DNA of 63,785 nt, the filler included, from Reclinomonas americana ATCC 50394 (taxonomy: Eukaryota): assembly GCA_048213135.1 (NCBI GenBank). It is 20 parts of 20 records of this genome, joined end to end, with 100 filler letters (N's around TTAATTAATTAA, not from the genome) between each part and the next. Parts side by side here need not be neighbours in the genome. Positions count along the whole stretch, not along the records: positions 24,201 to 26,723 come from AFZH01017436.1; positions 26,824 to 29,230 come from AFZH01017438.1; positions 29,331 to 33,825 come from AFZH01017439.1; positions 33,926 to 38,035 come from AFZH01017440.1; positions 38,136 to 40,399 come from AFZH01017441.1; 15 more parts are not named here. One strand, written 5' to 3'. The notes beneath the pieces were generated by a model. The model worked only from the letters and a program-made list of their open reading frames with translations, was not told the origin of the DNA and ran no database searches. Position 1 is the first letter of the stretch. Every line of letters starts with the position of its first letter. Below, one piece after another: positions 26,001-39,219 of this stretch. Both the position numbers and the translations under genes were made by a program.

Positions 26001-29000
26001 GACAAGGGACAAAAAGGACTCGCCTAATTGCATGACAAACCGAGACGGTTGTCCTTGACCATCAGCGCCGACGCGTGAATCGGGTACGCACGAGCACCGT
26101 ACGCCTCAGCCTGTGCAGAGGTGAGCAAAGCAGTCACGCATGCATTCATTGCTTCCCGGCTCACCATCAAGCAGTGAGCGTGGTACAAAATGTCAATGCC
26201 AGCCATGTCGCCCATGCGGTACGGCTGCAGAGCAAGCAAGTCAGCACCGCTCACAACAAATATCTTTACCAAATACGCAACTCCCTGCGGCATGCCGAAA
26301 GCATTCACAATGGCATCGATGCGGTACGGCTCCACTCCGCGGTCGGTGAGGAAGGCGCACGAGCTGCGCACAAAAGTGAGCCACACTCCAGTGAGCAAGT
26401 GAGGAGTCCCTCGACAAACCTGGAGTACGGGAAGAAAATGCGGTTGACGGCGAAACCGGCGCAGTTGCCGACCACCACCGGCGTCTTGCCAATGGTCTTG
26501 GCAAAGGCGATCGAGTCGACGAGCACCTGAGCGGAGGTGTGGTCCGAGCGGACAATCTCCAGCAAGGGCATGACGTGGGCGGGGCTGCGCGAAGAGGGGG
26601 AAGGGGGGGGGGGGGGGGAGGGGGAGGAGGAGGAGAGAGAGAGAGAGATATATATCGTACCACGTACGCTACTACGTAGTAGTCGTACTACTCCTGTCGT
26701 ACGTACGTACTACTCCGTCCGTTNNNNNNNNNNNNNNNNNNNNNNNNNNNNNNNNNNNNNNNNNNNNTTAATTAATTAANNNNNNNNNNNNNNNNNNNNN
26801 NNNNNNNNNNNNNNNNNNNNNNNACTCTCTCCTTCCCTCTCTCTCTCTCCTTTCCTCTCTCTCCTTCCCTCTCTCTTTCTCCTTCCTGACCATTGCGGAC
26901 TCGACGCTGTCGATCTGCCTCACCTCAATGACCATGTCGACCTCGCCAAAGCCCGACCAGTCCTGCTGCGGGATAAAATTGCCAATGGCCTTGTCGAACG
27001 CCTCCTGCGACAGGCGCTTGGACTTCAGGCGACCCTCCAGAATACCTGCGAGATATAAGCAAAGTGTGACGGAAGAGAGCACTCCAATCACGTCACCTCG
27101 CACACGACCAATGGCCGCATCCACGCACTGCTGGTTGATCTCCTTGACGCGCACCTGCATGCCCTTCAGCAAGGCGCAGACGGCAATGCCGGCACCCATG
27201 AGACCACCGCCAACGACGGCGAGCTGAGCGGGACAAGATGTGAGCACAAACCAACTTGAACAGAAGGGCAGGAGAAACACACCTTGCGCACGACGCGCGG
27301 CTTCAGGCCCTGATCGGTGACGCCGGGCACGTTGACGGTGGCGCGCTGGGCAAAGAAGAAGTGCACGAGCGAGCTGGCCGTCTCGGTGTTGACGATGCGG
27401 CAGAAGGCCTCGGTTTCCTGAAATGGGGGAAGGGAGGGCAAGGGAGGAGAAGGGAGGAATGAGTGAAGGAGAGAGAGAGAGAGAGAGAGAGCATGCAAGA
27501 ATGCGCAGCGACACGGAGGGAGGCGCAGCGACACGGAGGGAGGCGCAGCGACACGGAGGGAGGCGCAGCGACACGGAGGGAGGCGGAGCGACACGGAGGG
27601 AGGCGGAGCGACACGGAGGGAGGCGGAGCGACACGCAGGAGGCACAGTGACACGGAGGGAGAGCCAGAAGGACACAATCCCTTGTGCTTTTACGCAACAG
27701 CCTGCAATCCAGCCTTGGATCCGCGCGTGGCACCCGCCTCCGTCACATTGATGCACTCGACCGTGTGCGTCACATTCGGGTTCTCCTTCTCCGCACGACG
27801 ACGAGCTGCAAGCTCACGTCAGCCACCCTTCCTCCCAACCCTCCCTTCCCCCTTTCCCCTTGCTCACCCTCCGTGCAAATCATCGACACCACGCCGGCGG
27901 CCTCCAGCTTGCGCGTGTACGTCAGCGACTCGCGGCGGGCCACACGGCCGGCGGCAATGTCGAGCGCCAGCTTGGCGGCGTCGGCGACCAGGGAGGCCGA
28001 GTCGCGGGTGATGGCGTCGATGAGGCCAATCTTGTGCGCGTCGGCGGCCTTGACGTGCTGCGACAGCAGCATCATCTCCAGCGCTTTTTGCACGCCCACC
28101 AGGCGGGGGAGGCGTTGTGTGCCGCCGAAGCCTTTATAGGGAAAGGGGGAGGTGAGGGGAAGGAGAAGAGGAGGTGAGAATAAGGGGAAGGGGAGGTGCG
28201 GAAAAGGAGAGGTGGATGTGAGAAAGAAGAGAAGCGATGTGAGAAAAAGGAGAAGGGGGTGTCAGGTTTAAAGAATGAGGGAAGAAGAAGTACGGCAGTG
28301 GGGGGAGGAGGAAGAATGAGGAGAAGGGGAGGTGAGAATATGGAGAAGGGGAAGTGAAATAATGAGGAGGGGATGTGAGAATAAGGAGAAGGTGGGTCGA
28401 GAAAAAGGAGAAGGGGAGGTGAGAAGAAGGAGATGGGGAGGCGAGAAGAAGGAACGGGGAGGCGAGAAGAAGGAACGGGGAGGTGAGAAGAAGGAGAAGG
28501 GGAGGTGCGGAAAGGGAGAAGGGGAGGTGAGAATCAGGAAAAGGGGAGGTGAGAAGAAGGAGAAGGGGAGGTGCGGAAAGGGAGAAGGGGAGGTGAGAAA
28601 CAGGGGAACGGGAGGTGAGAAAAAAGAGAAGTGAAGGCGAGAAGAAGAGGAGGGGGTGCGAATGAGTAGAAACAGAAAGGACAAAGAAGGACAGCAGTGG
28701 CGGGAGGAGGAAGAACGAGGAGGCAACGAACCGGGGATCAGGCCCAGCTGCAGCTCCGGCAGGCCGACGTTCGTGTTGGGCGTGGCGATGCGGGCGTGGC
28801 ACGACATGGCGAGCTCGAGGCCACCACCTGTTAGAGGGAAAGGTGAGACTCATGCAGGGGACATGACAGAAAGAGCGAGCACACGTACCGAAGGCCATGG
28901 TCTCCAGAGCGGCGACGGTCGGCTTCGAGGCGCTCTCGATGGCGTTGAGGGCGGCATTCGTCTCGCTGATGAAGGGCTCAAAGTCGGCGCCTGGGATGCG

Positions 29001-29462
29001 AAGGAGGGTGAGTGAGGTAAATGGAGAGGGAGGAGAGAGCGCGAGATAAAGGAGGAACGGAGAGAGAGCGAGAAAAAGAGAAAGAAAGCAAGAGAGAATA
29101 TGAGAAAGAGAGACGGGAACGGAGAGAGTGGAGAGAAACATTCGAGAGCAAGAGAAAGAGAGCGAGAGGGAAGAACAGAGACAACTGACAACAAAGTAAG
29201 GCAAACTGAGATTTAAAACGCACATCAACANNNNNNNNNNNNNNNNNNNNNNNNNNNNNNNNNNNNNNNNNNNNTTAATTAATTAANNNNNNNNNNNNNN
29301 NNNNNNNNNNNNNNNNNNNNNNNNNNNNNNCTCTTCCTCTTCCCCTCCTTCCTCTCTCTCTCTCTCTCTCTCTCTGCCCTTCTTTGTCTTCACCTCGGGG
29401 TTGAGGTGATTAAGAATGACTTCCTGTCGACGCTGAGCTGACGATGATGATGATGAGGCCAT
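20078..29462 (-). CDS. Single-chain peroxisomal trifunctional beta-oxidation enzyme: PTS2 + MFP2/AIM1-like hydratase-dehydrogenase fused to a KAT/ACAA1-like 3-ketoacyl-CoA thiolase
   Basis: Exon 29394-29462 encodes [23 protein letters not shown]. Crotonase motifs [12 protein letters not shown] and [24 protein letters not shown] (28.0-28.8 kb). [21 protein letters not shown] and [12 protein letters not shown] (27.2-27.4 kb). [13 protein letters not shown] and [13 protein letters not shown] (26.4-26.6 kb). Exon 24564-24798 reads GGLIKYAD...RPSPYL...[11 protein letters not shown] without a stop. Thiolase motifs [29 protein letters not shown] and [14 protein letters not shown] follow, with TAG at 20078. 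A few exons are hidden in gaps. Confidence 0.9.
20280..21020. repeat. Intronic minisatellite, unit about 120-160 bp
   Basis: Recurring TCTCACTGCACAACGGCTGCTCTCTCACCCCCTCTCATTCTC...CACTCTCCGTCGCTC. Confidence 0.75.
21356..21820. repeat. 12-bp tandem repeat (GAGGAACG[GA]AGA / GAGGAACGCAGT) in a thiolase-region intron
   Basis: Directly visible. Confidence 0.9.
27503..27660. repeat. 20-bp intronic tandem repeat GCG[CG]AGCGACACGGAGGGAG, about 7-8 copies
   Basis: Directly visible. Confidence 0.9.
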
Positions 29463-29836
29463 GATGTATGCGTTGTCTTCCTCGACGACTGTGGCGAGTG
29501 GAGAGAGAGAGTATGCGCGCGCTCGTGCAGCGGGTCGGATTGTTGCGATAATCTCTGCAGGACGCGGATTGCAAAGTGTGAAGTCGACTGGGTTCTCCTT
29601 TGTCTGGAAGGCGGACGGAGAACAAGAAGAGCGGCGTGAAAAGACATTGTCTTTTTACAACGGCATACATCTCTTTCTTGCAACAAGAGAAGTGCGAAGC
29701 TTTACTCCCAACAGCTCCATGTACACCTTTCTGGTGATGTGACTCAGGTCCACATATCTCTTCCGACAAAGACTCAAGCACACCAACACAGAGACACAAT
29801 TAGTCTACTCCAAGCAGTCATCTTCCCATTCAGGAA

Positions 29837-32800
29837 TCACATTACAGAGCACCTGCGCTGCCGACGACCACTTTCGGGACCGTGACGTCGCTGTTGCTGC
29901 TCAGATTGGTCTCGACGGCGCCGGCACTCTGAAAGCCACTTGACTGCTCGCACCGTCTTCGGATCATCTTCACCAAGCACCGCTCGCATACCATCCACAC
30001 ATTCAACCAACAGTGCCTCCGCCTCGGCCCATCGCTGCAGCTTCAAAAGTAGGTCACCGAAGTTGTACATCGTCAGCAATGTGTTATAATGCCCGTCACC
30101 AAGCATCTCTCGCCGACCCTCCAAACACTGACGGTACAAATCAGCAGCTTCTGCCAGTGATACTGGCGTGTTTTGTAGCTCGAGAGAATAAGCAAGATTA
30201 TTCATCGACATGAGAGTGTCTGGATGTCGGTCTCCCAGCGATGCTCGCTCCAACTGCAAACATTCTCGTTTCAGTCGAATCTCCTCCTCCAGACGACTGC
30301 CACCTTGGATACATGCGGCAACATTGCCCATGGACGCCAACGTGTCTGTATGTTCAGCCCCGAGAACAAGTCGCCGCATCTCCCAACACCGTCGCCAGAG
30401 TGCCTCAGCATCAGCAAATCGCTTCTGATTGTAGTGGTGCATGCCCTGCCAATGCAGCGTCCACAGCGAGTCCGGATGACTCTCCCCCAGAGTCACACAC
30501 TGCCTTTCATGACACTGCACCAGCAGAGGCAAGTTACCTGAACAGTAAGCAAGCCACATTAAGCACCGCAACGCATCAATCGTATCCAGCACAGTCATCT
30601 CGCCACTGCCGCACCTCTCCCACTCCTCGCACAAACGCCACGCCTGCTGCCACGTAGCTTCGCGTTCGTCCCACTGACGATGTAACTCAAACAATCGCGC
30701 TTGAGACTTGGCCACCACCATGGCAAGCCACCGTCGCACAGGACTCCTCTCAACATCACCAACACCTCGTTGTTCCCATTCTGTCATACGTAGAACAAGA
30801 GAAGTGACCATTGCCGCGTCAAATCCTCGCGATGGAAGACCTCCACAACGCTGCTCACCAATCCACTCGACAGCGCCACACTGCACCAGCAGCCCATTCA
30901 CACCAACAGCATCACTCGCCCACATTCCATCATCTTCACCCAACAGGCGCCACACCGTGTGCAGCACACCGAGCAGGTCTCGCGACACCAGCAGCGCACC
31001 GTCACTATCATTTCGATCGATGCCACTCAGCACGCAGCACACCAGTCGCAAAATCAATCGCTGCATTCGTGACACTGCATCTCCACATCGTCGCACAATC
31101 CACCCAGCAATCTCATCGTGTACTCGATACTCCATCGCCACATCGCCACCCCCTCCCACATGCTCGCCACACAACACACGCGCGACACTGTCCATGCTGC
31201 CACTTACACCCACCGTCACCAGATTCGACATGCACAAACCCTCCAGCACATCCTCCACTCGATCGTCACCACCAACCACCAACGCATCACGCCTTGCACG
31301 CACTCTTCGCTCCTCCTCCTCACTCACCTCGTCAAACTGCAGTCGCTCACCCACCACCTCGGGCGCGCGTCGTCGCCTCTCCTGTGCCAGCTCATGCAAT
31401 CGTAATCGACGCACACACTGACCCAACTCCACCAGTCGACTTGCCGTCTCCTCATTTTCTGCTACTGCAGCCTGCCTATCATCACCACCACCCACAGCCA
31501 CCGCCATATCGGGTATCACTCGCAACACACCCAGCGCCACTCGCGCGAGTGCAACTGTCACTGGTAAGCCGAGTTCCTTGCACGCCGTGATCAGCACCAA
31601 TAGTCGACGTGCTGCTGCTGTCTGCGACATCACATTGCGTTCCAGCAGCTGCGACAACGCATCACCACCAATACCACTCAGCACCTCCTCCAGTCGCGCT
31701 CCCACCAGCTGTGCTGGCAATTGTGACAGCAACCAGCTGCATGAAGAAGAAGAAGAGAAGAGAGAAGAGTGAGTCTTCTCATCCACACCACGTACTCACT
31801 CACTCACTCACCCAACACAAGCACTCACTCGCAGTGCACTATTCTCCTGTTGTCCACTCTCCAGCGCCTCCACAATCCGTCTTCGTACATCCACCGACAC
31901 CTTGTGAAGCAGTCGCTCCTCCACCAGCTGCATGATGTCCTCGTTCTCCACGCTCTCCACTCGCTGACACTCCGCCTCCGCCTCGTGCATCATCGAGTCA
32001 CGAATCTCATCCGCCACTTGTCCATATCGACTCGTCACCACCACAATCGGTGCCACCATTCCACCTGCGCACAACCAGACACATGTTGCACATCAAGTCA
32101 GGATCAGAACATCCACGCAAGAATGAGAATTCTCTCTCCTGAAACGAACCCTCATCAGCACATTGAACAACACTCCTCACTTGCTCCGCCGATCCCACAT
32201 TGTCCAGCACCATCACTCCGCTCGATGCATGCATCAGCTGTCGCACCAGACGACGTGCTGGCTCCACCTCGCCACTCGCCAGCAGCGCATCCACCTGACC
32301 GGCCATCCTCCGTCCCTCGACTTCGTCCACTCGCATCTGTGCCGTCACAAAGGCGCGCAGACACTCGCCCAGTGCACTCTCCGCCTGCAACATGTTGCAA
32401 GGAGAGGGAGAGAGTCAGAATGACAGGGTAGGAGATGGTGCATCAAGAAGACATGCATGTTCCTCACACACACACACACACCTTCACATGCTCCCTCGCA
32501 TCACCCACATGACCACGCATCTCCACCGACACGGTTGATCCCTTCCATCGACGAGTCGCCACCAACTCGGTCACCAGCAGCTCGGCCAGGAACGACTTGC
32601 CAGTGCCACCCTCGCCCGTCAGCACCACCATGATTGGTTGATGGGCTGTGCAAGAAATCATCCATCACAGACAACGTGATAAGAGACACACGAATACGGA
32701 GACGGAAGGAAGGGAGAAAGAGAAGGAACACCCAACCATCCACTGCCGCCACAATGCGCATGGCAAGTGAGGCAGCCAGTGCACGCCGACTCGGGAAGCG

Positions 32801-33715
32801 GAATACAGTCACTGGATTCAAGGTGCGGGCGATGAGTGGTGTCTTGGGTGGTCGCCTGCTGTCAGGAGCTGTGCGGTACGAAGAGAGTGAGCACGCACTC
32901 AATGCACATCCAATGCAAGTCCATCATGGAACACACCTACAGCTGAGGGAGAAGAAGGCGACATGCTCAGCGTGTCAAGCCGCTGGTGCACACGCTCCAT
33001 CTCCACCCGCATTGTCGCCTGCACTACCTGGTAATCAAATGCCAGTGAGAAACAATATCTGCAAGCGACCGCATCTGCATGCAGATCCACATAACTTGCT
33101 CCACATTGGCCGCCATCGATGCCTGGTCTGCTTGACTCAGTGCACCTGCATTTACACAATAAAGACAGCATCAGCTTTCACATCAATCAAATCATCCAGA
33201 CACACATGCACCAGCCATCTCTCTCTCGTCACTCACCATCACGAGCCTCGTTCAGCTGCACCACCACCTCCTCCTCCACATCCCTGCCAATCTGCAGCTG
33301 CCGCACAAGCTGGTGCAACTCGCCTTCTCCTCCTCCTCCGGCACCGAGCAGAGGCACAAAGAGTGCACGAGCTCGTGCGGGACTCGCCTGCTCAAACACC
33401 TCCCTCATGCGCTCAATTGCATTGCGCTGTGTACGATGAGAAAGTGAGAGGTACAATCACACAAAGAGAGAGATCACACTTCTCCTCCTCCCCATCTCCT
33501 TCTCACACACACTCACCACATCACCAACTGGAATCAGACGATCCGGCTCTTCTCTCGGGTGCTCTCGATGACCCGCCAGCAGCAAGATCGAGCAGCACAG
33601 CATCGCATCAAATGAACTGCAGTCGTGCAACTGGCCTCGCTGATGCCACTCGCGCACCAACTGACGCTCCCTGTCGTTCAACTGGACACACATGTCCACT
33701 CCGTCTGGCATGGTT
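29837..33715 (-). CDS. NLR-like STAND NTPase-TPR protein, copy 1 (alpha subtype; first two exons hidden in a gap)
   Basis: Walker A GEGGTGKS (~32595-32618), Walker B VMVLDNV, sensor-1 IVVVTSR, MHD-like YRVHDE, kinesin-light-chain-type TPRs (LGxxHxDTL), C-terminus RRQRRCSVM. Confidence 0.8.
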
Positions 33716-34283
33716 CTGCATGTGGGAAAGGCACAAAGAAAGAGAGGATGCTGGTGAGTGAGGGAATGTGTGTGACAAGAAAGTGGAGGTATTCATCAGG
33801 GATAGAATGTGGAGTCGTGTGTGGCNNNNNNNNNNNNNNNNNNNNNNNNNNNNNNNNNNNNNNNNNNNNTTAATTAATTAANNNNNNNNNNNNNNNNNNN
33901 NNNNNNNNNNNNNNNNNNNNNNNNNGTTGACTGTGGCGAGTGGAGAGAGTGTGTGTGTGCGCGCTCGTGCAGCGACGGATTGTTGCGATAATCTCAGCAG
34001 GACGCGGATTGCAAAGTGTGAAGTCGACTGGGTTCTCCTTTGTCTGGAAGGCGGACGGAGAACAAGAAGAGCGGCGTGAAAGGACATTGTTTTTTTACAA
34101 CGGCATACATGTGCCGTTTCTTGCAACAAGAGAAGTGCGAAGCTTCACACCCAACAGCTCCATGCACACCGTTCTGGTAATGTGACTCAGGTCCACATAT
34201 CTCTGACCGACAAAGCAGACCCAAGCACACCAACACACAGACACAATTAGTCTACTCCAAACAGTCATCTTCTTATTCAGGAA

Positions 34284-37200
34284 TCACATTACAGAGCACC
34301 TGCGCTGCCGACGACCATTTTCGGGATCGTGACGTCGCTGCTGCTGCTCAGATTGGTCTAGGCGACGTCGGCACTCCTCCAACCACTCGATGGCATCCAC
34401 AGTCTTCGGATCATCTTCACCAAGCACCGCTCGCCGACCATCCACACACTCTACTAGCAGTGCCTCTGCCTCGGCCCATCGATGCTGCCTCATGAACAGC
34501 CTGCCGCAGTTACAGATCGACTGCAGTGTGTTAACATGCCTGTCACCCAGCACCTCGCGTCGTCCCTCCAAGCACTCACGCAACAAATCAACAGCTTCCG
34601 TGCTCTGTTGATTGAGAGAATAAGCAAGATTATTCATCGACATGAAAGTGTCTGGATGCCGATCTCCGAGACCTGCTCGCCTCAACTGCAAGCATTTTCT
34701 GTTCAGCTGAATCACTTCCTCCAGGCGACTGCCATCTTGGATACATGCGGCAACATTGCCCATGGACATCAACGTGTCTGGATGCTCAGCTCCAAGAACC
34801 AGTCGCCGCATTTCCCAGCACCGTCGGAAGAGTGTCTCAGCATCAGCAAATCGCTTTTGACTGTACTGGTGCCTGCCCTGCCACTGCAGAGTCGATAACG
34901 AGTCTGGATGGCACTCGCCCAACGCCACACACTGCCGCTCATGACATTGCACCAGCAGTGGCAAATTGTCTGAATAGTAAGCAACCCACATCAAGCACCG
35001 CATTGCGTCAATCTTATCTAGCACAGTCATCTCGCCACTGTCATCCCTCTCCCAATCCTCGTACAAATACCACGCCTGTTCCCACGCAGCTCGGCGATCA
35101 TGCCAATCCTGTTGCATATTAAACAACCATGCGTGACACTTTGTCATCACAAAACAAGACCGTCGTCGCACTGGACTCATTACAACACCGCCACCTCCAC
35201 GTGCACGTCTCTCGCACCGTGTCACGAAATGTTCAAGGAAATTGACCACCGCTGTGCCGAATCCAACAGATGGCAGCTTTCCCCACGCACGTTTCTCGCC
35301 AACCCACTCAACCGCTCCACACTGCACCACCAACCCGTTCACACCAACGGCCTCTTTCGCCCACATGCCACCGTCGACCCCACCCAACCGTCGCCACACT
35401 GTGCGAAGCACATCGAGCAGGTCTCGCAACACCAACAGCACACCGTCACTGTCCATCTGTGAATCAATGCCAGTGAGCACACAGCACACCAGTCGCATAA
35501 TCAGTCGCTGCGTTCGCGACACGGCATCTCCACATCGTCTCACAATCCACCCAGCAATCTCATCGTGTACTCGATACTCCATCGCCACGTTACTCTCTCC
35601 CACATGCTCACCACAGAGCACACGCGCAACACTGTCCATGCTGCTACTGACGCCCACCGTCACCAGATTCGACACGCACAGACCCTCCAGCACATCCTCA
35701 ACTCCTTCGTCATCACCCACCAACTCATTGCGCCGTGCACGCACTCGTCGCTCCTCCTCCTCACTCATCTCGTCAAACTGCAGTCTCTCACCCACCACCT
35801 GTGGCGCACGCCGTCGTCTCTCCTGTGCCAGCCGATGCAATCGCAGTCGACGCACACACTGACCCAACTCCACCAGTCGGCCTGCTGCCTCCTCATCTTC
35901 ATCCGTTGCCGCCACGTCGTCTTCATCCACACTCGCAGCCCGCTCATTCTCATCGTCATCCACAGCCATGGTCATATCGGGAATCACTCGCAGCACACCG
36001 AGAGCCACTCGCGCAAGTGCCACTGTCACTGGCAAGCCGAGTTCCTTGCACGCCGTGATCAACACCAACAGTCGACGTGCTGCCGCTGTCTGCGATATCA
36101 CATTGCGTTCCAGTAGCTGTGACAGTGCATCGCCACCAACGCCACTCAGCACCTCCTCCAGTTGCGCGCCCATCAGCTGTGCTGCTGATTGAGACAGCAA
36201 CCAGCTGCATGACGAGAAGAGAAGGAGAGAAGAGTGAGTCTTTTCATCCATAAGCCGCTCACTCACTCATAGCACTCACCCAACACAAGCACTCACACGC
36301 AGTGCACTCTTCTCCTGTTGTCCACTCTCCAGCGCCTCCACGATCCGCCGTCGCACATCCAGCGACACTATGCCGCGAAGTCGCTCCTCCACCAGCTGCT
36401 CAATGTCCTCGTTCTCCACATTCCCCACTCGCACAGACTCCACATCCGCCTCGTGCATCATCGAGTCACAGATCTCATCCGCCACTCGCCCATATCGACT
36501 CGTCACCACCACAATCGGTGCCACTATTCCGCCTGCAGAAGGACACGCACGCATGATGCACATCAAGTCAGGATCAAACATCCAAGCAAGAATGAGAACT
36601 TTCTCATGACACACACACACCCTCGTCAGCACACTGAACACTCCTCACTTGCTCCACCGATCCCACATTGTCCAGCACCATCACTCCACTCGATGCGTGC
36701 ATCAGCTGTCGCAGCAGTCGACGTGCTGGCTCCACCTCGCCACTCGCCAGCAGCGCGTCCACCTGGCCCGCCATCTTGCGTCCCTCTACTTCATCCACTC
36801 GCATCTGTGCCGTCACAAAGGCACGCAGACACTCACCCAGAGCACTCTCCGCCTGCAGCATTTGGCATGGAGAGAGAGAGAGAGTCGGAATGACAGCATC
36901 ATGAAAAACAACATGCATGTTCCTCACACACACCTTCACATGCTCCCTCGCATCACCCACATGACCACGCATCTCCACCGACACGGTGGATCCCTTCCAC
37001 CGACGACTGGCAAGCAATGCGGTCACCAGCAGCTCGGCCAGGAATGACTTGCCAGCGCCACCATCACCCGTGAGCACCACCATGATTGGATGGTGTGCTG
37101 CACAAGAATCATCCACCACAGACAACACGATGAGGCACGCGAATGTAGAGAAGGGAGAGGGAGAATGAGAAGTAACACCCAACCTTCAACAGCATCCACA

Positions 37201-38514
37201 ATGCGCGTGGCGAGTGAAGCTGCCAGTGCACGCCGACTGGGGAAGCGGAATGCAGTCACTGGATTCACGGTGCGGGCGATGAGTGGTGTCATGGGCGGAT
37301 GGCTGCTGTCTGGTGTTGTGTGGCACGGAGAGGAGTGGGTGTGAGCTTAGATATGCACATGCATTGCATGTCCATCATGGAACACACCTACAGCTGAGGG
37401 AGAAGAGGGAAAGATGCTCAATGTGCTCAGCTGCTGTCGCATGAGCTCCATCTGCGCGAGCAGTACGGCCTGACTCTGATCAATCACATCCAGTTAGAAA
37501 CATGGAGCCATCTGCAAGCGACCGCCTCCACATGCAAATCCACTCAACTTGCTCCATATGTGCCAGCAGCAATGACTGGTCTGCTTGACTCAGTGCACCT
37601 GAATTCACACACACAACCAAGACAGCATCAGCTTCCATATTGAACCAAATCATCCAAGCACCGGTCATCTCTCTCTTTCTCTCTCTGTCTCCACTCACCA
37701 TCACGAGCCTCGTTCAGCTGCACCGCCAACTCCTCCTCCACATCCCTGCCAATCTGCAACTGCCGCACAAGCTGGTGCAGTTCGCCCTCTCCTCCTCTTC
37801 CGTCACCGAGCAGAGGCACAAAGAGTGCACGAGCTCGGGCAGGACTCGCTTGCTCAACCACCTCCCTCATTCGCTCAATCGCATTGCGCTGTGGACAATG
37901 AGAGATTGAGAGACATAATCACACAAAGAGAGAGTTCACGCCCTCCTCCTTCCATCTCATTCTCAGACTCACCACATCACCAGCTGGAATCAGACGATCT
38001 GGCTCGTCTCTCGGGTGCTCTCGATGACCCGCCAANNNNNNNNNNNNNNNNNNNNNNNNNNNNNNNNNNNNNNNNNNNNTTAATTAATTAANNNNNNNNN
38101 NNNNNNNNNNNNNNNNNNNNNNNNNNNNNNNNNNNACATCTCCATTCTGCACCTTCCCATCACGTGCTTCTACATTCCTTCCTCACACACTCACCGCACA
38201 TCACGCTCACTTGGTGCCTTGCACCACTCGGCAACATGATTCACACCGGGATATGAATCGAGAAACGCCGGCAGCACTTGCTCAAGCTTGGATTGCAGAG
38301 CGCGGGTGCACGGACGAGACAGACCTTTGACAAGGCGCATCGCACATTCCTCATCACCAGCATCGTGATGATGACTGCACGAGAGGAGAGAGGAGGAGAG
38401 TGACAGGGAATGAATCACACACAATGCGAGAATGGTGATGATGATGACGCATCTGACAAGTAACACAACGAGAGAGACACGCAACTCACGCGACACTCCA
38501 CTCCCACTCGCCAT
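34284..38514 (-). CDS. NLR-like STAND NTPase-TPR protein, copy 2 (beta subtype)
   Basis: ATG at 38514 (MASGSG...), GDGGAGKS, VMVLDNV, VVTSR, YRVHDE, TPRs, C-terminus RRQRRCSVM. One exon is partly in a gap. Confidence 0.8.
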
Positions 38515-39219
38515 GATGATGCGTCACAACAAGAAGAATAACAAGCAGCACAATGACAAGATGCACAGGGGAATGACAATCTCTCTCTCTCTGTAACACA
38601 ATAAGAAGCGGAGAAAATACGACAACTTGCTCTCCTTCTCTCCTTCTCTTGCACACACACACACTCAAGGTGGGGAATGACACTGTCACAGAACAGAACA
38701 GAGAACACACAAGCTCACTTCTGCTCAACACCACACCGAGACTCGCTGTCAGACAGTCGTGGGACATGACTTCGTCGCAGTGCACGCTGGCTCACAAGAC
38801 AGAACAACGCGTCACTGAGCAGAGGCATGTGCTCACATGTACACTGAGACACGAGCGCGTTGAAACATCGGTGAGCAAGATGAAACGTCGAGAGATCGTC
38901 AAGAAGTTCTCAGAGGAGCAGGATCATTGATCGTTCACGACATCACCCTGGCCTCTTTTGCACAGAAAGGCATCACTCTGCTCTGCTCGCGAAGAAACAG
39001 TCTCAGATCATCCCCACCATCAGTGTTGGAAAAGAGAAGAGCTTGTCCATTCATGATTCACCTCACACTGGCCTTTCTTGCACGCCGTAACATGAAAGGA
39101 GCATAACTCTGCTCTGCTTGCAAAGAAACCCTCCCTTCCGCCCTTTTTCCCATTCATCAATGGCAAACAAAACACACCATACATTCACCCTTCTCCTCCC
39201 CCTTCTCCCTTCGCCCCCC

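Noticed and set aside
30013..31935. Many H/T/P-rich plus-strand ORFs over the array
   Set aside because: Antisense shadows of the minus-strand NLR exons.
38649..38930. Recurrent plus-strand ORF ending MKRRE[IT]VKKFSEEQDH (also 53783-54040, 60706-61062)
   Set aside because: Lies in the duplicated NLR upstream region; starts and indels differ between copies, so conservation is explained by recent duplication.
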